Part shown: positions 46,545-55,527 of the stretch, piece by piece
Layout: every line of letters begins with the position of its first letter
Position numbering within the stretch: the stretch's first letter is position 1
Source: Candidatus Sericytochromatia bacterium
GTDB taxonomy: Bacteria > Cyanobacteriota > Sericytochromatia > S15B-MN24 > UBA4093
Length of the DNA stretch: 64,000 nucleotides
Direction of reading: 5' to 3'
Assembly (NCBI GenBank): GCA_036676985.1
Contig: JAKFBU010000039.1
Coordinates: 128,001-192,000, forward strand
Position numbers and translations under genes: made by a program
Notes under the pieces: model-generated
Seen by the model: the letters and a program-made list of their open reading frames with translations, nothing else
What the model was told of the DNA's origin: nothing
Database searches by the model: none

Positions 46545-47747
46545 CTACTTTGAGGCAACAAGTCGAGGGGTCACGAGAATCGTCAACTCGGTTTCGTTTC
46601 GCTGGAACTTGGTGGACTTGAACAGCTCCCCGAGGATGGGGATCTGGCCCAGAAGGGGCACGGATTCGACGGACTTGGTCTCGTTGCTCTGGATCAGGCC
46701 GCCGATGGCGAGGCCCTGACCCTGGTTGAGCACGAGCTGGGTCTCGGCGCGCCGGGTGGAGACGGCGGGCACGATGAAGTTGGCGATGCGGACGGCGTTG
46801 CTGTAGTCGAGCTGGCTCACCTCGGGGGCGACCTTCATGGAGATGCGGCCGTCCTCGAGCACGGTCGGCTCGATGAGGAGCTTGATGCCGTAGGGCTTCC
46901 AGTCGAACGTGACCTGGTTCTGCTGCTGGGCGATGGGCAGCGGGATCTCGCCGCCCGCGAGGAACTCGGCCTTGCCGCCGCTCACCGCGACCAGGTTCGG
47001 CTTGGCGAGCACGCGGGCCTGGCCGTTCTGGACCATCAGGTTGAGGCGGGCCGCGATGCGCTCGTACATGCCGAAGGCCGTGCCGCCGCCGCTGACCAGG
47101 GCCGATCCCGGCTGGTTGTTGCGCGGGTTGCGGGGATCGGACTGGATGGTCGACAGGTGGTCGGCCTCGAAGAAGTCCTCGCCGTTGGCGGTCCGGAGCA
47201 TCTGGCCCCACTTGATGCCGAGCTCCGAGGCACCGCCCTTGTTCATCTCGATGACCTCGACGTCCACCTGGACCTGCTGCACGGCGTCGGCCGCGAGCAG
47301 GTTGATGACGCGGGTCGCAAAGCCGCCCGCGAGCTTCTCGGCCATCTGGGACTGGCTCGTGCGGTCGACCTTGCCGTAGAGGAGGACGGAGTCGTTGACG
47401 ACCTCGACCTGCAGATCCTTGGCGCCGGTGGCACGCTGGATGGTGGCCTTGAGCAGGCCCGCGTCGACCCGGACGACCACGTCGTAGGTGATGCGCTTCT
47501 GCTTGGTCCAGACGATCAGGTTGGTCGTGCCGGGCTTCTTGCCGTTGATGAGCACGTCCTTCTTCGAGAGGACGGCGACGTCGGCGATGGTGGGGTCCGT
47601 GATGGACACCTTGGTCACGTCCGAGCCGACCGTGACGACCTGCGACTTGCCGACGGAAACCGGCAGTTGCTCGTCCGATAGGGCCCATGCGGGCAGGCTC
47701 GTCGAGAGCAGGACGGTGGCGGCGACCAGGAGGTGAAGGCACTTCAT
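46545..47747 (-). CDS. cpaC: Tad secretin CpaC/RcpA
   Basis: DPTIADV, GTTNLIVW, AKPNL..SG..AEFLAGGEIP, PLLGQIPILGELFKS..ETEL.ILVTP. Confidence 0.92.
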   Translation of the reverse strand: MKCLHLLVAATVLLSTSLPAWALSDEQLPVSVGKSQVVTVGSDVTKVSITDPTIADVAVLSKKDVLINGKKPGTTNLIVWTKQKRITYDVVVRVDAGLLKATIQRATGAKDLQVEVVNDSVLLYGKVDRTSQSQMAEKLAGGFATRVINLLAADAVQQVQVDVEVIEMNKGGASELGIKWGQMLRTANGEDFFEADHLSTIQSDPRNPRNNQPGSALVSGGGTAFGMYERIAARLNLMVQNGQARVLAKPNLVAVSGGKAEFLAGGEIPLPIAQQQNQVTFDWKPYGIKLLIEPTVLEDGRISMKVAPEVSQLDYSNAVRIANFIVPAVSTRRAETQLVLNQGQGLAIGGLIQSNETKSVESVPLLGQIPILGELFKSTKFQRNETELTILVTPRLVASK

Positions 47748-47822
47748 CGCGGGACAACTCACTTCTGTTGATCCGCACCCCTAGAGGGCGCGCGGGGGGA
47801 CTTAGCGCAAAAGCCGCAGGCG

Positions 47823-48671
47823 CTAGCGGGTGACCATCTCGGTCGAGGTGCCGCGGATGATCATGATCTCCGGCTTGTTGTCCACCGTGCGGACGGGGAC
47901 CATCACCTTGACGACACGGGTCTTCTCGACGATGCGGGGCTTGGCGGCAGCCTTGGGGGCGACCGGGACGGGCTTCTTGATGCCCATGACCGACTGGGGC
48001 GTGGCCCCTGCGGTCTTGGCATCGCCCGTCTCGGCCTGGTCCCGCATGGCGAGGCGGATCTTGCCGCGGTCGGCAGCAAGGATCAGCTTCTCGGCGTCGG
48101 CGGGCGAGACGGCGAGGGTGGCCGAGGAGACGACCTTGGCCTCGGAATCGTCCTTGCGCTGGGCCTCCTGGGCGCAGGCCAGGACCTTGACCTTCTGCAG
48201 CAAGAACTTGGTGACGGTCTCGCTGTCGATGTCCATGGTGCTGACGACGTCCACCATCATGCCGGGCTGGACGAAGCCGGCCACGCCCACCACCTCGTCG
48301 ACGGCGACCGTGATGGCGCGCATGCCGGGTGGCACTGGCAGGACGGCCTGAGCCTCCTCACCCTGGGCGAAGAGCTGTTTCTCGAGGACGGGCTCGCCGG
48401 GGGCGATCTCGATCTTGGTCATGCGACCGACGGCGAGCTCGGGGTTGGAGAGCGCGCCCTCGGGAGTGTAGCGGGTGGGGCGGTTCTCCACGCTGACTTG
48501 CTCGGCGAGGATCTTGGTGTTGAGGGGGATGGCCGCCTTGGCGACGAGCACCGGCCCGCGGGGCTCTCCGGCATCCGCGCGCTGGTTGGCGCCGTTGACG
48601 TAGGCGAACATGGCCCCGCTGGCGAGCAGGCCGAGGCCGGCCGCGACGAGGAACCGTTGGACTTTCTTCAT
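47823..48671 (-). CDS. cpaB: Flp pilus assembly protein CpaB
   Basis: SAF domain, GMRAITV..GVAGFVQPG..VDV. Confidence 0.92.
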   Translation of the reverse strand: MKKVQRFLVAAGLGLLASGAMFAYVNGANQRADAGEPRGPVLVAKAAIPLNTKILAEQVSVENRPTRYTPEGALSNPELAVGRMTKIEIAPGEPVLEKQLFAQGEEAQAVLPVPPGMRAITVAVDEVVGVAGFVQPGMMVDVVSTMDIDSETVTKFLLQKVKVLACAQEAQRKDDSEAKVVSSATLAVSPADAEKLILAADRGKIRLAMRDQAETGDAKTAGATPQSVMGIKKPVPVAPKAAAKPRIVEKTRVVKVMVPVRTVDNKPEIMIIRGTSTEMVTR

Positions 48672-49054
48672 TACTGCTGCTCCACGCGCATGACCGCGGA
48701 CGACTTGAGATAGAGGGGGTTGGGGACGCCCGGAAGGGCGAACACGGTCTGGAAGGGATACGAGAGGCGTACCGTGACCTCGGCCTCCGTGCCGGTCGTC
48801 CGCTCGATGGTGACCTGAGCGGTGGGCTCGGTCAGGGCGGCGCCCGAGAGGTACTTGGTGACGGCTTCCTTGATCTTGGTGTCGGACCGCCCGAGGGCGC
48901 CTAGGCGGGCGCCCTCGCGGCTGGCGTTCGTGATGACGAGCTGGGCGTTGAAGATGCGGCCGAAACCGAAGATGCCGAGCACCATCGCCAGGATCACGGG
49001 CAGGACCAGAGCGGTCTCGACTAGCGCCTGCCCTTTTTGGTTACGGCTCCGCAT
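48671..49054 (-). CDS. tadE: TadE-like pseudopilin
   Basis: KGQALVETALVLP..ASREGAR. Confidence 0.9.
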   Translation of the reverse strand: MRSRNQKGQALVETALVLPVILAMVLGIFGFGRIFNAQLVITNASREGARLGALGRSDTKIKEAVTKYLSGAALTEPTAQVTIERTTGTEAEVTVRLSYPFQTVFALPGVPNPLYLKSSAVMRVEQQ

Positions 49055-49064
49055 CGCCCAACTC

Positions 49065-49238
49065 CTACTTGCCGCTGCTGCTCAGGGTGTTGGCGATCGC
49101 GGACAGCATCTGGTTGACGTTGGTGCCCATCATGGTGAGGGCGCCGACGGTCACGACGGCGATCAGGCCGAGGATGAGGCCGTACTCGGTGAGAGCCTGG
49201 CCTTCCTCTTCCTTGATAACGCGCATCATAAGGTTCAT
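49065..49238 (-). CDS. flp: Flp type IVb pilin (copy 3)
   Basis: MNLMMRVIKEEEGQALTEYGLILGLIAV..NQMLSAIANTLSSSGK; not in ORF track. Confidence 0.93.
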   Translation of the reverse strand: MNLMMRVIKEEEGQALTEYGLILGLIAVVTVGALTMMGTNVNQMLSAIANTLSSSGK

Positions 49239-49284
49239 GTGGGTCTCCTTTTCTAGCTGGGTTAGCGATCGCCGCTCGAGCGGC

Positions 49285-49458
49285 TTACTTGGCGGTGCTG
49301 CTCAGGGTGTTGGCGATGGCCGAGAGCATCTTGTTGACGTTGGTGCCCATCATCGTGAGGGCGCCGACGGTCACGACGGCGATCAGGCCGAGGATGAGAC
49401 CGTACTCCGTGAGGGCCTGGCCTTCCTCTTCCTTGATAACGCGCATCATCAGGTTCAT
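49285..49458 (-). CDS. flp: Flp type IVb pilin (copy 2)
   Basis: MNLMMRVIKEEEGQALTEYG..NKMLSAIANTLSSTAK; not in ORF track. Confidence 0.93.
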   Translation of the reverse strand: MNLMMRVIKEEEGQALTEYGLILGLIAVVTVGALTMMGTNVNKMLSAIANTLSSTAK

Positions 49459-49502
49459 AGGGAATCTCCTTCTCTCTGAATGGGGGGTCGCTGTTCGGGC
49501 GA

Positions 49503-49676
49503 CTACTTGGCGGTGCTGCTCAGGGTGTTGGCGATGGCGGACAGCATCTTGTTGACGTTGGTGCCCATCATCGTGAGGGCGCCGACGGTCACGACGGCGA
49601 TCAGGCCGAGGATCAGACCGTACTCGGTGAGGGCCTGACCCTCTTCTTCCTTAACAAGGCGCATCATCAGGTTCAT
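49503..49676 (-). CDS. flp: Flp type IVb pilin (copy 1)
   Basis: GQALTEY Flp motif, AGGAG RBS. Confidence 0.93.
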   Translation of the reverse strand: MNLMMRLVKEEEGQALTEYGLILGLIAVVTVGALTMMGTNVNKMLSAIANTLSSTAK

Positions 49677-49991
49677 CGGGGTTCTCCTTCCCGCTAACTC
49701 AGCGGCGGTGGGCATCGGGGCTCGCTTGACCCCCTTCAACGATGTGATGATACGATTTCCGCCCTTACGCGCCCTTGAAACGTCGATTAAGTGCGCATTA
49801 ATTAACCCTCGCCTGACGAAGGCAGCGCCGAAACGCCTGTGACCCGCATCACAACTTGCTTTTCAGGATCGCCCCCCGGCCGAGCAAAATCGGGACCTTG
49901 GCGGGGTCGCGCGAAATGTTATGTTTCCGTGACCGAACGCTCCGTCGCATGTTTCGTGGAACGTGGGGGCTAGCCTCAGATCAGCGCAACG

Positions 49992-50024
49992 CCCCCCTAG
50001 CAGGGGGGGATGGGGGGCTAGATC
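49992..50024. repeat. C-run/G-run dispersed repeat
   Basis: cccccctagcagggggggatggggggctagatc, similar to units at 52244 and 52290. Confidence 0.5.
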
Positions 50025-50050
50025 CGCCTGCGCTCCGGCCATCAAAACAC

Positions 50051-50080
50051 CGACGACCGGCTCATCAGAGCCGGTCGTCG
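50051..50080 (-). terminator. Terminator after JAB-like gene
   Basis: cgacgaccggctc-atca-gagccggtcgtcg preceded by AAAA. Confidence 0.65.
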
Positions 50081-50103
50081 AGGGTGGATAAGGGTATCGA
50101 AGC

Positions 50104-51039
50104 TTACGCGAGCGCCGAAAGCCGCGCGTACGCGCTCACGAGCTGGTCATTGAAGCTGCCCACGGGCGTCTCCTTCTCGGCCTTGCCGAGCGTCTTGCGC
50201 AGCAGCGAGGACACCTGGCGCGACGAGTAGCCCAGAAGTTGGAACTGGGTCGCGACCTTGCCCGCGAGGGCGGGGATGGTGTCGGGGTCGTGGCCCTCGA
50301 GGATGCGGATCAGGTCGCCCTGCTGCTCCGTCAGGTCCCGGACGATGTGGATGAGCACGTCGCTCGAAGGGGTCCCGGTGGCGCTGGACTGCAGGATCTG
50401 GTCGTAGAACTTGATCTTGGGCGCGAGGGTGGCCATCGCCTCTTCCAGCTTCGGGTAGTGGATGACCTCGCGGGGGGCGCGGATGTCCTTCTTCACGTCG
50501 TCGATGTGGAAGCAGCCGATGTCCATGGTCCCGATGAAGTGCCACTCGTAGCCGTACAGCTCGTGCTGCTTGAGGAAGGCCTTCACGTCCATGTCGCTCA
50601 GCCACAGGAGCCGCTCGATGCGGCCGCGCAGCTGCTTCACGTTGCTGGTGTAGGCGGCGGGATGGGTGTGGAACGCGCCGATTTCCGGCACCTGGAGCGT
50701 GTTGGGCTTGCAGCGGTAGCGGACGCCGACGACCTTGCGGGACTTGGAGTGGAACACCCCGGTCGTGAGGTTCTGATACTCCTGCATGATGCCGTTGTGG
50801 CCGCCGAAGACGCCACCGCGCTCGTCGAACACGAAGATGCGGCGCTTATGAGCCAAGAGCCGGTTATCCTTCACGGTCAACGTGTTGAGCATGTTGATGC
50901 CGAAGTCGTGAACGAATTGTTCATGTACGGCGGGCTCGATCAGCACCCTTGCATCCCCCTCTAATCGTGTCAGGACAAGGCTTCTATACCAAATCACGGC
51001 CCGTCTAATCGCAACTTTTGTAAAGGTTTGGTCGGCCAT
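50104..51039 (-). CDS. Hypothetical protein with JAB/MPN-like metal motif
   Basis: ERGG..IGAFHTHP..LSDMD, with a longer than usual HxH-to-SxxD spacing. Confidence 0.55.
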   Translation of the reverse strand: MADQTFTKVAIRRAVIWYRSLVLTRLEGDARVLIEPAVHEQFVHDFGINMLNTLTVKDNRLLAHKRRIFVFDERGGVFGGHNGIMQEYQNLTTGVFHSKSRKVVGVRYRCKPNTLQVPEIGAFHTHPAAYTSNVKQLRGRIERLLWLSDMDVKAFLKQHELYGYEWHFIGTMDIGCFHIDDVKKDIRAPREVIHYPKLEEAMATLAPKIKFYDQILQSSATGTPSSDVLIHIVRDLTEQQGDLIRILEGHDPDTIPALAGKVATQFQLLGYSSRQVSSLLRKTLGKAEKETPVGSFNDQLVSAYARLSALA

Positions 51040-51170
51040 TTTTTTGTGATCGATACCCTAGCTTGGAGACGGCGTGCTATTGTAAACATGGATCAAAGAA
51101 GACATCGATCAGCCAACACCAACTGCATGTTGGCAATATGCCACCCTGCCGATCAAGGAGCCCGTGATCA

Positions 51171-52001
51171 ATGGCCAGAATCAGTCGCGTCGCAGCCCCC
51201 GCCAAAGCCGCCCCCTTCCTGAAGTGGGCCGGCGGTAAGGGGCGCCTGCTCGGCCAGTATCAGGCCCTCTTTCCGAAGCGTTTCAACCGCTACTACGAGC
51301 CGTTCGTCGGGGCGGGCGCCGTGTTCTTCCACCTGGCTCCGACCCATGCGGTGCTTTCCGACACGAACCCGGACCTGGTGGCGTGCTACCAGGTCCTCAA
51401 GAACGACGTGGACGCCCTGGTCGAGCTCTTGCGGATGTACCGGCACGACAAGGACTTCTACTATCACGTGCGCGAGCTGGACGCGGCGACGCTCAGCCCC
51501 GTGCAGCGCGCGGCGCGCATGATCTTCCTCAACAAGACGTGCTTCAACGGGTTGTGGCGGGTGAACCGGCGCGGACAGTTCAACGTGCCGTTCGGCGACT
51601 ACAAGAACCCGAAGATCCTCGACGAGGAGAACCTGCGGGCGGTGTCGGCGGCGTTGCGGCACGTGGAGGTGGAGCACAAGACGTTCGAGCACGTGCTCGA
51701 GGTGGCTCGCAAGGGGGACTTCATCTACATGGATCCTCCGTACCATCCCGTGAGCGCGACCTCGAGCTTCACGAGCTACAGCGCGGACGACTTCAAGCCC
51801 GAGGATCAGCGTCGTCTGGCGGACACCTTCCGCGAGCTGTCGAACCGGGGCTGCAAGGTCATGCTCTCCAACTCGGACGTGCCCTTCATTCGCGAGTTGT
51901 ACGCGGACTTCCGGATCGAGCAGGTCTGGGCGGCGCGGGCCATCAACCGGGACGCGTCGAAGCGCGGGGCCGTCAGCGAGGTCGTGGTCCTCAACTACTA
52001 G
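51171..52001 (+). CDS. Dam-type (D12 class) N6-adenine DNA methyltransferase, orphan
   Basis: FLKWAGGK, EPFVGAGAV, FNGLWRVN..G.FNVPFG, DPPY. Confidence 0.93.
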   Translation: MARISRVAAPAKAAPFLKWAGGKGRLLGQYQALFPKRFNRYYEPFVGAGAVFFHLAPTHAVLSDTNPDLVACYQVLKNDVDALVELLRMYRHDKDFYYHVRELDAATLSPVQRAARMIFLNKTCFNGLWRVNRRGQFNVPFGDYKNPKILDEENLRAVSAALRHVEVEHKTFEHVLEVARKGDFIYMDPPYHPVSATSSFTSYSADDFKPEDQRRLADTFRELSNRGCKVMLSNSDVPFIRELYADFRIEQVWAARAINRDASKRGAVSEVVVLNY

Positions 52002-52065
52002 GCGCGAAAAGGCCTGGTAGGGTTGGGCTTGGGCAGGGTATGATGGCCTCCAGGAGGCCGTCGCC

Positions 52066-52161
52066 ATGCGCAAGCTCATCTACTGGACCACGCTCTTGAT
52101 GTTGACGCTGAGCGCAGCGGGTTGCCGCGGCGACCTCGGCAACCTCTTCGACATCTACTAG
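52066..52161 (+). CDS. 31-aa micro-lipoprotein
   Basis: AGGAGG RBS; MRKLIYWTTLLMLTLSAAG-CRGDLGNLFDIY; own terminator. Confidence 0.6.
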   Translation: MRKLIYWTTLLMLTLSAAGCRGDLGNLFDIY

Positions 52162-52175
52162 AGCGCCCCCAGCTC

Positions 52176-52204
52176 ACGCCCCCCACCGGGGGGCGTTTTA
52201 TTTT
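52176..52204 (+). terminator. Intrinsic terminator
   Basis: acgccccc-cacc-ggggggcgt stem-loop followed by a T-rich tail. Confidence 0.75.
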
Positions 52205-52243
52205 GGCCCCGTTGAACGCCCGCAACCCGCTAGAAGAGCACTT

Positions 52244-52321
52244 CCCCCCCTCTAGAGGGGGGGCTAGGGGGGGGTCCTCCTTATAAAAGCCCCCCTTGCG
52301 AAGCAGGGGGGGATGGGGGGG
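52244..52321. repeat. Two tandem C-run/G-run palindromic dispersed repeats
   Basis: ccccccctctagagggggggctaggggggggtc and ccccccttgcgaagcagggggggatggggggg. Confidence 0.55.
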
Positions 52322-52378
52322 TGGTAACTCGGTATCCATCAGTCACGGCAGAATCCCCCACCGTGCTAAAATGACCCC

Positions 52379-54289
52379 ATGGACGTATTTTCCCAAGAGC
52401 CCATCCTCTCGCTGCGCGGCGTCACCCATCGCCACAGCGGCCGCGACATCCTCAAGGACGTGAGCCTGACAGTCCACCGGGGCAACCGGATGGGCGTCCT
52501 CGGCGTCAACGGCGCCGGCAAATCCACCCTGCTGCGCATCCTCGCGGGCGTCGAGCCCCCGGACGAGGGCGAGGTCGCCAAGGAGCGCGACCTGCGCATC
52601 GGCTATCTGCCGCAAGAGCTGGAGCTCGACCCCGACAAGACGGTCCGCGAGAGCGTCGAGGACGGCCTCGCCGAGACCCGCGCGCTCCTGAGCCGCTACC
52701 AGGAGCTGGCCGATCGCCTCGCCTCCGATCCCGCCGCCATGGCCGAGCACGAGCGCCTGCAGGCCGAGATCGACCACCGCGACGCCTGGAACCTCGACCA
52801 AGAGGTGACCCGGATCATGCAGCACCTGCGCGTGCCCGACGCCGACCGCCTGGTCCGTGGCCTGTCCGGCGGCGAACTGCGGCGCGTCACGCTGTGCCGG
52901 ACGCTCGTGTCCCACCCGGACCTGCTCATCCTGGACGAGCCCACCAACCACCTGGACTCCGAGAGCATCGAGTGGCTCGAGAACTACCTCGCCGACTACC
53001 ACGGATCCGTCGTCTTCATCACGCACGATCGCTACTTCCTCGACCGGGTCGCCGACCGCATGATCGAGGTCGAGTTCGGCCGCCTGTCCGAGTACGTCGG
53101 CAACTACTCCGACTACCTGCAGCTTAAGGCCGAGCGCATCGCCTCCGAGGCCCGCTCCGAGGAGATCCGCCAGGCCACGATCCGCCGCGAGCTGGTGTGG
53201 GTCCGCAAGCAGCCCAAGGCCCGCTCGACCAAGCAGCAGGCGCGCGTCGACCGCTACAATGACCTCGTGGACCAGGGTCCCCCGGCCGAGCGCGGCGAGG
53301 TCGAGCTCGTCATCCCGCCGGGCCCCCGGCTCGGCACCAAGGTCCTCAACCTCAAGGGCGTCACCAAGCGCTTCGGCGATCGCACCCTCATCAACGGGCT
53401 CGACCTGGAGCTGCAGGCGGGCGATCGCATCGGCGTCATCGGCCCCAACGGCATGGGCAAGACCACCCTCATGCGCCTCATCCTGGGCCAGGACGCCCCG
53501 GACGCGGGCGAGATCGAGGTCGGCCTCAACACCCGCTTCCTCTACGCGGACCAGGGCCGCAACCTCTTGGATCCCGAGAAGACGGTGGTCGAGGAGGTCG
53601 CGGGCGACTCCCAGTGGGTGCAGATCGGCGACCAGCAGATCACGGTGCGCGGGTACCTCAAGCGCTTCCTCTTCACCGACGAGCAGGCCAACACGCCCAT
53701 CAAGCGCCTATCGGGCGGTGAGCAGAATCGCGTCCAGCTCGCCAAGCTGCTGCGCGCGGGCGGCAACTTCCTCATCTTCGACGAGCCGACCAACGACCTG
53801 GACCTGCCCACCCTGCGCGTCCTCGAAGAGGCGCTGGTGGACTTCCCGGGCTGCGCGCTCATCGTCAGCCACGATCGCTACTTCCTCAACCGGGTGGCGA
53901 CGGGCATCCTCTCCTTCGAGGGGAACGGCCGCGTCGTCTACCAGGTGGGTTCCTACGACTACTACATGGAGCGGCGTGCCGTGCCGGTGGTGGCCGAGCG
54001 GTCCGCGAAGGCCGACCCCGCCCCCGTCGAGAAGCCCGCGAAGAGCGGCGTCCGCAAGCTCTCCTACAAGGAGGGCAAGGAGCTCGAGACCATCGAGGAG
54101 CGGATCATGGAGGCCGAAGAAGCGGTCGCGCGCCTCGAGGCCGCCATGCAGGACCCGGCCCTCTACTCGGAGCGCGGCTCCGAGGTCCAGGGGCTGCTCG
54201 ATCAGCTGGAAGAGGCCAAGCGCCAGGCCGCGACCCTCTACGAGCGCTGGCAGGAGCTGGAAGCCATCCGGGACGGCGTCCTCGCCTAG
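52379..54289 (+). CDS. ABC-F family ATPase (Uup/EttA-like)
   Basis: Two NBDs (GVNGAGKS, GPNGMGKT), LSGGE twice, DEPTN twice, C-terminal KLSYKE coiled coil. Confidence 0.93.
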   Translation: MDVFSQEPILSLRGVTHRHSGRDILKDVSLTVHRGNRMGVLGVNGAGKSTLLRILAGVEPPDEGEVAKERDLRIGYLPQELELDPDKTVRESVEDGLAETRALLSRYQELADRLASDPAAMAEHERLQAEIDHRDAWNLDQEVTRIMQHLRVPDADRLVRGLSGGELRRVTLCRTLVSHPDLLILDEPTNHLDSESIEWLENYLADYHGSVVFITHDRYFLDRVADRMIEVEFGRLSEYVGNYSDYLQLKAERIASEARSEEIRQATIRRELVWVRKQPKARSTKQQARVDRYNDLVDQGPPAERGEVELVIPPGPRLGTKVLNLKGVTKRFGDRTLINGLDLELQAGDRIGVIGPNGMGKTTLMRLILGQDAPDAGEIEVGLNTRFLYADQGRNLLDPEKTVVEEVAGDSQWVQIGDQQITVRGYLKRFLFTDEQANTPIKRLSGGEQNRVQLAKLLRAGGNFLIFDEPTNDLDLPTLRVLEEALVDFPGCALIVSHDRYFLNRVATGILSFEGNGRVVYQVGSYDYYMERRAVPVVAERSAKADPAPVEKPAKSGVRKLSYKEGKELETIEERIMEAEEAVARLEAAMQDPALYSERGSEVQGLLDQLEEAKRQAATLYERWQELEAIRDGVLA

Positions 54290-54495
54290 ACGTATCGCTC
54301 CACGGCGTACGCCCCGCCCGCACGGAGGGCTCCGCCCTCGCCCACGCGGTTTCCGAACTCGTCCAGGATGAAGGCGAGGCCGTTGGCGATCGCCACCTGG
54401 TCCTCGGGCCCGAGCCGCCCGATGAGGTCCCGGACGGTCGCCCCCGGAAAGAACCGGAGCGGCTCCCCGTCCAGCGTGACCTCGAAGGCGTCCAT
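54286..54495 (-). CDS. Small ThiS/MoaD-like beta-grasp protein lacking terminal GG
   Basis: Start overlaps uppP stop; VTLDGE..GATVRDLI..L..G. Confidence 0.5.
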   Translation of the reverse strand: MDAFEVTLDGEPLRFFPGATVRDLIGRLGPEDQVAIANGLAFILDEFGNRVGEGGALRAGGAYAVERYV

Positions 54496-55397
54496 CAGCC
54501 CAGGTGCGCGTTCGCGGGCAGGCGGCCTGTGGCGAGCAGGAGCAGGATCAGGACGCCCAGTACCCAACGGTACCAGATGAAGATCCACATGGACCGCTGC
54601 TTCAGGAAGGCCATGAGGAAGCGGATCGTGAGGTAGCCGACCACCGTCGAGACCACGATGCCCACCAGGAACGGCACCGTGTTGGGGCTGCGGCCCATGT
54701 GGTCGAAGAACGCCCCCATCAGGCCCATGTCCTGGACCCGGGCGGCGTTGTGCAGGGCGAAGTCCTCGAAGTAGTCCTTGCCCTTGAAGAGGCAGCTCGC
54801 GAAGATGATGGGCGTGCCCAGGAGGAACGAGAACCGCGCCGCGGCCTCACGCGAGAAGCCGAGGAGCATGGCCGACGTCATGGTCGCGCCGGAGCGCGAG
54901 GTGCCCGGGATGAGGGCGCAGGCCTGACCCACGCCGATCATGACGGCATCGAACCAGGTGAGCTGCTTGAGGTCGCGGGTGTGCTTCGCGATCTTCTCGG
55001 CCAGCGCGAGCACGAGGCCCACGCCGATGAGCATGGCGGCGATGACGTAGGGCGATCGCAGCGTCGTCTCGATCTGCTTCTCGAAGAGGAGGCCCGCGAC
55101 GCCCGCCGGGACCGAGCCCACGATGACGAGCCACGCTAGGCGCTGCATGGGATCGCCCTTGAGGTCCGGCTTGCGGAGGCTCTGGAACCACGCCACGATC
55201 ATCTCGCGGATGTCCTTCCAGAAGTACCAGACCACCGCCAGGAACGTCCCGCCCTGCAGCGCCACGTCGTAGGTGAGTCCGGGATCCTTCCAGGTCATGA
55301 ACCACGGCACGAGGATGAGGTGCGCCGTGCTGCTGATGGGCAGGAATTCGGTGATCCCTTGAACCACTCCTAAAACGGTGGCTTGAAACAGGTTCAA
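54495..55397 (-). CDS. uppP: Undecaprenyl-diphosphatase
   Basis: QGITEFLPISSTAH, PGTSRSGAT, AARFSFLL, FIWYR. Confidence 0.95.
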   Translation of the reverse strand: MNLFQATVLGVVQGITEFLPISSTAHLILVPWFMTWKDPGLTYDVALQGGTFLAVVWYFWKDIREMIVAWFQSLRKPDLKGDPMQRLAWLVIVGSVPAGVAGLLFEKQIETTLRSPYVIAAMLIGVGLVLALAEKIAKHTRDLKQLTWFDAVMIGVGQACALIPGTSRSGATMTSAMLLGFSREAAARFSFLLGTPIIFASCLFKGKDYFEDFALHNAARVQDMGLMGAFFDHMGRSPNTVPFLVGIVVSTVVGYLTIRFLMAFLKQRSMWIFIWYRWVLGVLILLLLATGRLPANAHLG

Positions 55398-55482
55398 GTC
55401 GAGCGTTCCTTTCTACAGGGCAGACAAACGCTCCGGATCATACCACAAAGGCAGGCCTGGAAAGGCCGTATCCACGCGAAAA

Positions 55483-55515
55483 GGCGCCCGTCCAGAATGC
55501 ACTGGACGGGCGCCC
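55483..55515 (-). terminator. Terminator after DUF4332-like gene
   Basis: ggcgcccgtccag..ctggacgggcgcc with upstream AAAA. Confidence 0.65.
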
Positions 55516-55527
55516 GGAAGGTGGCGA

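Noticed and set aside
51171-52001. Restriction-modification system
   Set aside because: No adjacent ORF with recognisable endonuclease motifs; treated as an orphan methyltransferase
1323-55060. Frequent GCGATCGC (HIP1-like) octamers
   Set aside because: Mostly explained by Ala-Ile-Ala codons (gcg atc gcn) in GC-rich genes; enrichment cannot be claimed without an observed/expected calculation
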